Shown here: positions 54,434-64,000 of the stretch, piece by piece
Numbering within the stretch: the first letter of the stretch is position 1
How the letters are laid out: each line of letters opens with the position of its first letter
Assembly: GCF_006345805.1 (NCBI RefSeq)
Contig: NC_042997.1
Coordinates: forward strand, 30,132,001-30,196,000
Direction: 5' to 3'
DNA length: 64,000 nt
DNA from: Octopus sinensis
Lineage: Eukaryota
Notes under the pieces: generated by a model
Seen by the model: only the letters and a program-made list of their open reading frames with translations
Database searches by the model: none
Told to the model about the DNA's origin: nothing
Program-made: the position numbers and the translations under genes

Positions 54434-56193
54434 CGTGTATGCGGAGAGGTGTACGCAGTGCTGAGAGTGAGTCCTTTATTTCCTTGCCCCGACATGAAGC
54501 CAGCTGTGGAAAGAAACTGAGCATCCTGCCTTTGAATACACTTTCAGTTTAACACAATCTCTATCAACTGAATTTACAGACTTCCTTCTACGATTGACGT
54601 GAAGGTCAATATTATATTCATGTGGCAGACGTTATTTACGCTGCCACTCCTCAGAAACGCTAAGCTGTTTTGATTATGTCTTTTACACAGACACAGACGC
54701 ATATTCACGCACATGCACATATATAATATATACCTATACATATATATACACATATATATCGTATGTGTATATATATATGTATGTATATATATATATATAT
54801 ACATATATAAACACACATATGCATATACATAATGTGTGTGTGTATACCTCCAATTTTGAACTGTTGAGAGATTGAACAACTCTTATGAAATTACGTTTAA
54901 AAATAAACGTTAAAGTTTAGAATTCATCTGGATAGTATGATCATTATTTATTTAAGGAAAGTGTAGTTAAACAGTCACATCTTTGAAGAATCATGTTTGC
55001 CAATTTAAACATATATAATCCGTTAGATACACATTTTGTTTATATTGTAAAAGTATTGTATACCATAAGATGTTAAAAATATTTTGTACGTCGATGACCT
55101 GGTCACTGACTTAATTACATTATAGTATATAAGAAATAAAGCCGTCACTCACAAACTAGTAGGACTTCGTAGCGTGTAATGTGCTTTTATTTATTGTTTC
55201 AGGTGTCTGTGTTTAAATCGCGAGCAGTGTTACAACGATGATATGATACCTGGGGTGAGAAAAGTCTACATCAGAACTTGGCAGGTACATATTTTAGCCC
55301 GCATAAAATGAAGCAACGTGAAATAAGGCACCTTGTTCAAAAATACGACCCACCACGCGCGTTTTATGTCCTAACCTACGACCACATGATTGTGATATCA
55401 ACACCATAACTACCAGACCACACCCAGACTGCCATGACTCATCTACAATGTAACTATTTCAGTTTCAATACACGATCTCGGATTAAGTCACATGCAGACA
55501 AATATATTTACGGATGATTTGTAAGCCTTTATATTATCTCCAAATTTGAGATAGAGTATCAACAGTTTCTCATTCTTTGAAGCACAGTGACTTGTTTCAG
55601 AAATACCTTCGGCTATCCATTCCATGTCGGTGCTACAAAGTTCAGACTTGTATGTAATGATTTGTTGACACCTGCCTTCTTCGCTCGTTCTTCTGTATAA
55701 TTATTTTTATTATGTGTGCATATGTATTTCTAAATGATTTACATAGGCGTAGGAGTGGCTATGTGGTAAGTAACTTGCTTACCAACCACATGGTTCCGGG
55801 TTCAGTCCCACTGTGTGGCATCTTGGGCAAGTGTCTTCTACTATAGCCTCGGGCCGACAAAAGCCTTGTGAGTGGATTTGGTAGGCAGAAACTCAAAGAA
55901 GCCCGTCGTATATGTGTGTGTGTGTGTGGTGTGTGTGTGTGTGTGTATGTGTCTGTGTGTCTGTGTTTTTCCCCTTAGCATTGCTTGACAACCGATGTTG
56001 GTGTGTTTATGTCCCCGTCACTTAGCGGTTCGGCAAAAGAGACCGATAGAATAAGTACTAGGCTTACAAAGAATAAGTCCCGGGGTCAATTTTCTGAACT
56101 AAAGGCGGTGCTCCAATGGCCGCAGTCAAATGACTGAAACAAGTAAAAGAGTATAACCATTTTGTGCGTGCGTGAGTTCATCTTTGTATGTTT

Positions 56194-56244
<51 letters not shown>

Positions 56245-56383
56245 CGTATTTATGTACGTGTGGTCGTGTAATAAAAAATCTATAAATAGAAGTTAACATT
56301 TCCGAATAAATATTATATACACATACACTCACACACATACACACATATTCACACACACAAACACACACACACATATATTTACG

Positions 56384-56423
<40 letters not shown>

Positions 56424-58300
56424 TGAAGTATGTAGGTGAAGGTGGTTTTATTTAAGGGGTGGGAGTTCGTTGTTTACATTGTTTTAGTAAAATCGACATT
56501 TGCAGAAGAGCCATGCTGTTGTCTTCGATGTTCAGAATGTCGACTTTCTGAAGAGGGTAACAAAATAGCAGCAGCATCCTTTAAATGTTGAATTTGTCAG
56601 AATGAAATGTAATTTCATTACACACGCGCACGCACATACACACACATATACATTCGCTCAAAGATACACATATACACGTAAAGTTATATATAACAGTTTA
56701 GCAGGGCGGCGAGCTGGCAGAAACGTTAGCACGCCGGGCGTAATGCATAGCCTTACTTCGTCTGCCGTTACTTTCTGAGTTCAAATTCCGCCGAGGTCGA
56801 CTTTGCCTTTCATCCTTTCGGGGTCGATAAATTAAGTACCATTTGCGCACTGGGGTCGATGTAATCGACTTAATCCGTTTGTCTGTCCTTGTTAATCCCC
56901 TCTGTGTTTAGCCCTTGTGGGTAATAAAGAAATAGATATAACAGTTTAGCAGTCGTGTGTGTGTGTTTAGGTGCAAGCATGGCTATGTAGTAAGAAGTTA
57001 GCTTCTCAAGCCCATGGTATTGAGTTTAGACCCACTGCTTGGCTTATCGAGGAAGGTGTTTTTCTGCTATAACCTCGGGCACACCAAATGTTTGTGACTA
57101 GATTTGATAGATGTGTGTTTGTTTGTGTTTATCATCCACCACCCTTTGACAATCCGTGCTGGTCTGTTTACGTCCCCGTATCTTAGAGTCACATCAAAAG
57201 AACCCGATAGAATAACTTTAAAATGTCCTGAAGCCGCAGCAGATTCAAAAAATAACGAACAGCCTAATCGATTTTCGAACATTATTGAGTCCTCATTAGA
57301 TGTATCTACATCATTCTCACCAGTCCCGGAGAAATTACCTGTTAAATCAGTTAAAATTGATAGCTAAATGTTTCCGGTGACACCTGCGTAAGGAAAAGTA
57401 GTGCTCTTTACCAATGTGTAGAAGCACTCCGTCGGTTACGACGACGAGGGTTCCGGTTGATCCGAATCAACGGAACAGCCTGCTCGTGAAATTAACGTGT
57501 AAGTGGCTGAGCACTCTACAGACACGTGTGCCCTTAACGTAGTTCTCGGGGATATTCAGCGTGACACAGAGAGTGACAAGGCCGGCCCTTTGAAATACAG
57601 GTACAACAGAAACAGGAAGTAAGAGTGAGAGAAAGTTGTGGTGAAAGAGTACAGCAGGGATCACCACCATCCCCTGCCGGAGCCTCGTGGAGCTTTAGGT
57701 GTTTTCGCTCAATAAACACTCACAACGCCCGGTCTGGGAATCTAAACCGCAATCCTATGACCGCGAGTCCGCTGCCCTAACCACTGGGCCATTGCGCCTC
57801 CACACTTTACCAATAATATCTTAATGCACCTAATCTACTGTTATCCTTTCTAATGAATCTCCTATGTATTTCGTATATTTTAGCTTTTTTATTTTTTATT
57901 TTGTTATTTTTGGTATGACAGGGTGTCATACATTTCATTTGGAAGTGGGAAAATATTTCCAGAGATAGCTCTAAAATTATATGAGGCCGCACGTAATGTC
58001 ATACATCTTACCAGCGCTCCCCGACCAATCATGCACTGTGAATATATCTCATTCGCCACACGGTTGTAACCTGTGTACTGTAGTAATCTCAGCTCGAGCA
58101 TATGTAGCCTCGTCTCCTGAGAAAACGTATGCAGTGATAGCTTTCCAAGAGATTATTATTCGTTGTGCACAGATCTGCAATCAGAATTGAAGATCTTCAA
58201 GTATCCAGACTTGAAGAAGGATGACCATTGTAGTGATGTAAAAGATTCAGAGAGAAGAAACATGTCAATCATCCAGTGGTTGCAATGTGTTAGTGAATGA
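50424..58300 (+). CDS. Tentative spliced ORF, 95 aa (exons 50424-50443, 52430-52450, 55203-55254, 55583-55649, 58173-58300); no recognised homology
   Basis: Canonical AG/GT sites with compatible phases (2,2,0,1) give an uninterrupted Cys-containing peptide. Manual assembly only. Confidence 0.25.
51125..52398 (+). mobile_element. Internally deleted mariner (DD34D-type) transposon relic interrupted by a SINE multimer
   Basis: [10 protein letters not shown]; [40 protein letters not shown], continuous across the SINE TSD; [12 protein letters not shown] (a decayed HPPYSPDLAPCD); [16 protein letters not shown]. Confidence 0.8.
51287..51934 (-). mobile_element. Four-unit family-A SINE multimer with one 16-bp TSD
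   Basis: AAATTCTCAGTATTCT at 51271-51286 and 51935-51950. It has four tails but one head. Confidence 0.9.
53272..53712 (+). mobile_element. Tandem dimer of SINE family A
   Basis: A full copy is followed directly (AAAGAAATA|AGAAACGTTAGC) by a 5'-clipped copy. Confidence 0.88.
55745..56152 (+). mobile_element. SINE family B (full length)
   Basis: Same head, body and tail as 24246-24680. Confidence 0.92.
56705..56935 (+). mobile_element. SINE family A with 17-bp TSD
   Basis: ATATAACAGTTTAGCAG at 56688-56704 and 56936-56952. Confidence 0.95.
57424..57803 (-). mobile_element. tRNA-derived SINE, family C
   Basis: Minus-strand head GGCGCAATGGCCCAGTGGTTAGGGCAGCGGACT (A box) with a degenerate B box GGTTTAGATTCCC. 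The 3' end has a TCGTCG...CGACGG stem-loop. Confidence 0.8.
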
Positions 58301-58864
58301 GTATTTGTCAACAAAGCGAAATATCTCTTTTTTAGGTGAGTTTGCACTATGGCAGTACTTCTCACATATATCACCCCAAATATGTAAGGAATGTGGCTCT
58401 TACTTGAGCATTGTTAAAAGCTGGAAAGCTAGGGATTCTCAAATATTTTCAGAAATATTTTGCTTCAAGAAAAAGTCAATTCTTGGTTGCCATAAGACAC
58501 ATTACAGTAATAAAAAAAACCGTCTAATTAAAGAACTTGTCGTTGATCGAAAACGGTCACTGTTATTAATTTGTCATGAATTGTGTTCTTCGATATGGTT
58601 TCTATTGGGAATTTTGAATATGAGAAGACAAAAGAAGCGAAGTTTATACTTATGTAGATTTGTGATGTATCTTATTCCTGTAATTATATTACCAATTTTG
58701 TAAAAGTGTATTTGTAATTATTTATAAAATAGGAAATTAAGACTACATATTTCTGTATTTATACATAACGTTAGATCACTCATTATCATAATTTGTTTTT
58801 AAAGTTTTATATTTGTTTCTAGGATGGCGTATAAATGCATAATGCAATACAGGTTTTATATATG

Positions 58865-59300
58865 TGCAGGCGTGGCTGCGTGGTAAGCAGCTTGCTTCCC
58901 AACCACATGATTCCTGGTTCAGTCCCACTGCCTGGCACATTAGGCAAGTGTTTCTACTATAGCCCCGGGCCGACCAACGCCTTGTGAGTGGATTTGGGAT
59001 ACGGAAGCTGAAAGAAACCTGTCGTATATATGTGTGTGTGTGTGCGTGTATGTGTGGGTACGTGCGTGTGTGTGTGTGTGTGTGTGTGTATGTTTGTGTG
59101 TCTGTGTTTGTCCCCCAACATCGCTTGACAACCGATGGTGTGTTTATGTCCCCGTCACTTAGCGGTTCGGCAAAAGAGAGCGATAGAAAAAGTACTAGGC
59201 TTACAGGGAATAAGTTCTGGGGTAGATTTGTTCAACTAGGAGGCGGTGCTCCAGCATGACCGCAGTCAAATAGCTGAAACAAGTAAAAGAATAAAAGAAT
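58865..59300 (+). mobile_element. SINE family B (full length)
   Basis: Same architecture as the other B copies. Confidence 0.9.
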
Positions 59301-59329
59301 ATATATATATATACTCACGCACACATATT

Positions 59330-59520
59330 CGAGGGATGCTGAAAACTTCTTGGCTCTAAGGGTGTTGCGAAAACCTAGTTGATGGCCCAACATTCTGAGT
59401 TCTTTTACAGGGCTGAGAAAACTGAAGTAACGCTGCAATAAGTGTATGAATCTGAGAGAGGAATATGTTGAATAAAATTATAGTTAACTGATCCACCGAG
59501 GAACTTTTCAGCACTCCCTG
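59330..59520. mobile_element. Mariner-derived MITE
   Basis: Imperfect TIRs CGAGGGATGCTGAAAACTTCTTGG / CGAGGAACTTTTCAGCACTCCCTG, similar to mariner TIRs. Confidence 0.7.
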
Positions 59521-59573
59521 TTATATGTATCTACATGCATATATACATACATACATACATACATACATACATG

Positions 59574-59642
<69 letters not shown>

Positions 59643-59803
59643 ATTATATATATTGTGAAATAGAAAGATGAATAATCTTGTTGCAGATTAATCAAAAGTT
59701 TAACCGATACCTTGGTAGCAAAAATCACAGCAGAAGACAGCACGGTTGGAGGTACAACCATATGGTGTTGCAACCGTGCGTTGGTGCGGATAATTGAATT
59801 TTA

Positions 59804-60115
59804 ATATTATTAGTGAATTGAAGAAATGGAGTTGAACGAAGATTGAACAGAAATCGTTTTATTGCATTCTACACGTGTTTCGAAAGGCACAATTTACCAA
59901 ATCCGATTGAATAAGGAGACCATATTGTGTCTTTCTCTTCAGGAAGAAATAGGAAATCCGTTTTCCTATTTCTTCCTGAAGAGAAAGACACAATATGGTC
60001 TCCTTATTCAATCGGAATTTGGTAAATTGTGCCTTTCGAAACACGTGTAGAATGCAATAAAACGATTTCTGTTCAATCTTCGTTCAACTCCATTTCTTCA
60101 ATTCACTAATAATAT
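59804..60115. repeat. Near-perfect 312-bp palindrome (153/154-bp arms, 5-nt loop, one indel)
   Basis: 59804-59956 is the reverse complement of 59962-60115. Confidence 0.96.
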
Positions 60116-60999
60116 ATATATATATATATATATATTATATTATATTATATTGAGAGTACTACTATTCGTAGATACCACACCCTAAAGAGGGACCAATGCG
60201 GTCAAAACTACTAAAATAAACAAAATTTTACCGAATGCAAAACTTCAAAGCAAATCATTTAAAAAAAGAATTTAGTTACATATCACCTGTGTCTACATAT
60301 GTGTATGTGTTTGTACACATTAAAATACATTTGTGTCTGCGTGCATGTTTGTATATGCAAAAACGTATAATTACACATCTATACACATAATTATTTATAC
60401 ACATATTCATATAAATATATATAACTGTTTATGCACAACAGTTGCACATAAGCATATAATTGTGCATGTGTGCGCGCGTACATGATTTCGTGTATATGTG
60501 TTTTCGCGCTCACATGCATCACTGCAAGCTAGTTGTTAAATCAGAGCCCAATCTGTATCAGAGATAATTTGGCATCTTATCGCAATGCTTTACAAAATTG
60601 ATTATTACTGATCTCTAAGAGAACTATGCACATTCACAACTCGTTATATTGGAGTAGCAGTCAGATATAGTAATGGCAGGGGGTAGAGGTCGACTGATAT
60701 ACACAAATATAGATAGATGCTTCCATATTTATAAACTATGTGCGCGACATATTTGCCTTCCTTTCTGACTTTTTTTGGGGATGTATGTGTGTGGATGTAT
60801 GTATACATACATACATACGTACGTACGTACGTACGTACACACATACTAGCATATATATATATATAGGCTATAGGCAAACTTTTTGTTGAAAATTCACCTA
60901 AATTTGAAATACTTGTAATTGTTTTTAAATAACTATATTTACATTATACCAAACTAGTGATCGACAAGAAAGGAATATCATCAAAATTTTAGTCATACC

Positions 61000-61612
61000 G
61001 AGATAAGACGGAGAAAAACAAGGGAAAAATGAAGATAGAAAAAAGTGAGGCTGGTTTCCCGTTTCTGTGATTTCCTTTCTGTCGTTTGCAGGAACTTTCG
61101 CTAGTAATGGTGTTTATTGGAATCCGGTGTATTTACAATTTTTTTTTCCGCAAACGGACCTGATTTTTGATTCGTTAAAGTACTGGCGACGTCTGGTTTT
61201 TCTAATGGTCAAGTTTGTTGTTCTGCCTGGTTGGCGTCCCTGTGGGGAACAGTCATCAGCCGTTCTAGTTGGTTGATTCTCTTATAGGGTCATTTTGTTG
61301 TATTTGCTGAAGTTAGGTTTTGATCGGGGGTAAAATTTCATTGGTCTAGCGTTACGTGACGTCAGCAACTAGTGTTTGCATGATGTTATTATATGGTGAT
61401 TTGGAGCTGCGGTTTCGAAATGCGAGTGGAAGACTGTTACTAAAGTTTTTAACATTGTTGTATCTGGTTGGGGTTTTTTTTGTGGAGAAATTGAGCCTTT
61501 TTACCTTTTTCTCTTTAGTGTTCTTTCTTCTTTCTAAAGGATATTCAGCTGTGGTTTATATTTTTTATTGAGTATCCTTTCCTTATTTAAACGGAATTGT
61601 GTTGAAGTGTTT
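61000..61612 (-). pseudogene. Possible decayed Penelope-like RT/linker region, interrupted by the MULE-like element
   Basis: Only weak patches (KGYSIKNINH, resembling RGYPxxxI). Confidence 0.3.
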
Positions 61613-61620
61613 CCGGTGCA

Positions 61621-62565
61621 GGATTTTTTCTTTTTGAAGGCCAGATTTTCCTGGTTAACTAAAAAATTTGAAACTAAGTATACTGGTAGAATGTGTCAAA
61701 AGAAAACATTATTGTAAACAAAATTGAAAACAAAATTGTAATTTGTAACTTAAACGCAGTTTAATTTTTACGAATTTTAACCAATGAAATCCCAGCATCT
61801 TCGAATTTTAACCAATGAAATCCCAACATTGCTGCGTTATCGATATTGATAAAGAAATATAGCAGACGCACGACACACACACACACACACACACATTTGC
61901 ACAAGCACATAGTAATTAATATATAAGCGTACACACACATACAAACGGACATATACATACACACACATACGCACACAAGCAAAAATACACGTTCGTGTTT
62001 TGCCACTTGCCGCAACAAATTTGCACAGAAGGGGGGTGGTCAATGTTTCATCGTTTCGGGGTCGATAAATTAAGTACCAATTACGCACTGGTGTCGAGGA
62101 TTTTTTTCCCAATTTATATCACAGCTTCCGACAAGCTGGGGGCATCCTTTTATGAAAAAATATTTCGCAAATTTTTACAATACTACTAACACTCCACGCG
62201 CAAACTCGAGACCGATTTAGGCATATTATTGTTTTGTTTTTGTTGTTTCTGGCCCTTCAAAACCATGGGAGAAGCCTTTTCGGTAAAAAAAAAATAAAGA
62301 AAATATTAAAAAAATATCGTTAATATTTTTATTGGGCGACGAAATTAATCGATTTAAGAAGAAGAGGTAAATAATTTGAGCTCGAATGCTGCGATTTCAT
62401 TGGTTAAAATTCTTAAAATTAAACTACGCTTAAGTTACGAATTACAATTTTGTTTTCAATTTTGTTTACAAATAATGTTTTCTTTTTTGACACATTCTAC
62501 CAGTATACGAAGTTTCAAATTTTTTAGTTAACTAGGAAAATCTGGCCTTCAAAAAGAAAAGATCC
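61621..62565. mobile_element. Non-autonomous DNA transposon with ~185-bp TIRs and 8-bp TSD (MULE-like)
   Basis: TIRs at 61621-~61805 and ~62382-62565 begin GGAT; TSD CCGGTGCA at 61613-61620 and 62566-62573. Confidence 0.8.
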
Positions 62566-63658
62566 CCGGTGCATAGATAGAGAGGGAAGATTTGGTATTT
62601 CGGGTTGATGTTTGTGGGGTATTGGTCTAGGTGTTTGCTTACACACATACACGCGCGCGCACAAATATATATATGTGTGTGTGAGTGTGTGTGTGTGTGT
62701 ATGTCTGTATTTGTGTGTTTGTATTTGTGTGTTTGCCCCCACCATCGCTTGACAACCGATGCTGGTGTGTTTACGTCCCCATAAGTTAGCGGTTCGGCAT
62801 AAGACTCGATACAATAAGTACTAGACTTACAAAGTATAATTCCTGGGGTCCATTTTTCGACAAAAAGGTGGTGCTACACACTAATAAACATACGCATATA
62901 ATCATATATATATATATAGAGAGTGTGTATTTGTACGTATGTGTGAGTGTAAGTGTGTATGTGTGTGTGTGTGGTGTGTGTGTGTGTGTGTGTGCGTGTC
63001 TGTGTTTCTGTGCGTGTGCATATATATGATCATATGTGCGTGGACTGTGCGTGGCGTCTTGCTGTCAAGCATTTCTCATTTGACGTTTCAATCTGTCAGA
63101 CAAGAACATCAGCTCTGGGTTAAGATGTTTTTGTGTTTTAAATAAATCGTGTTACCTTTTGAATGTGTGTATGTGTGTGTGTGTTAGTTTGTGTGTTCGT
63201 TTATTTGTATGTTTGTGTGTTTGTTTGTGTGTTTGTGCGTGATGGGGTGGGTATCTGTGGAAATTCTTACTTCGTCGCAGCTGCCGCACGATATCTTAAG
63301 GCAACATTACTCCTCATCAAAAATACTATGACTCATGTATTTACCGAAAGAGACTAACAACACGAGTTTTGTAAATGATTACTAAATCATCAACATGACC
63401 GAGATAAAGTCATTACACAGACAAAATTTTAGTCAAATAAATCTCTGACAAATCTTCATGGTGGCCAAACATTCATACGCACATAATTCACATAGTGAAA
63501 ACTACAAAACTATCCTAGCTATCTTTACAGGAAAACGAGATACTTAAGCATAATTACGTGTTAACTCTTTTAGAACCTCAAATAAACCCATTTCCTTTGC
63601 TAGAATACTATCTATACCTTAGAGAGAAGCTTGTACTAAATCTAACATGCAATATATA

Positions 63659-63870
63659 TTTCGTTATTGCCCACAATGGGCTAAACACAGAGGGGACAAA
63701 CAAGGACAGACAAACGGATTAAGTCGATTAAATCGACCCCAGTGCGTAATTGGTACTTTATTTATCGACCCCGAAAGGATGAAAGGCAAAGTCGACCTCG
63801 GCGGAATTTGAACTCAGAACGTAACGACAGACGAAATACTGCTAAGCATTTCGCCCGGCGTGCTAACGTG
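63659..63870 (-). mobile_element. SINE family A (5'-clipped)
   Basis: Tail and body intact; head missing before CACGTTAGCACG. Confidence 0.9.
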
Positions 63871-64000
63871 TCTAGGCCGCATAAGGGGATCCAGATAAAA
63901 ATAGTTTCTGATTCGAGCACAAAGCCAGCAACTTTGAGCCTGGAATTTGGTCGATGCCATCGACCCTACTATCTGACTTATTTTATCGATCCTGAAAGGC

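Noticed and set aside
57104-57367. 87-aa ORF with a protein-like C-terminal half
   Set aside because: The N-terminal half is a decayed SINE B, and no convincing acceptor precedes the unique part.
57730-57803. tRNA-like sequence (also SINE A/B heads and 8570-8630)
   Set aside because: These are SINE heads with degenerate B boxes and no complete cloverleaf; not tRNA genes.

Overview
Eukaryotic, AT-rich, microsatellite- and retroposon-dense DNA. The SINE and microsatellite content is what I associate with octopus genomes; this is inference from recalled families, not a search. No host gene, rRNA, intact tRNA or CRISPR array can be identified with confidence. Almost all ORFs in the track are microsatellite translations or transposon debris. 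Recognisable elements: a 3.56-kb 5'-truncated Tx1/L1-clade LINE (APE-RT-CCHC) embedded in a (TATC)n tract, RTE, CR1/L2-group and R4/Dong LINE fragments, mariner and hAT transposase relics, a MULE-like element with an 8-bp TSD, three tRNA-derived SINE families and a fixed-length ~555-bp element found only in (ATT)n. The most coherent 'system' is a Tx1 LINE/SINE pair. The commonest SINE shares its last ~35 nt with the Tx1 3' end (30/35), carries 15-17-bp TSDs and repeatedly lands at TAT-containing sites, including the same position inside older copies of itself. Other leads: a 7SL 5' fragment next to a LINE 3' end, long palindromes with hammerhead-like GAAAC-palindrome-GTA motifs, a dyad-symmetric NRF1/ETS/YY1 promoter-like island, a short telomeric insertion between 15-bp direct repeats, and two low-confidence chains of small exons on the + strand.
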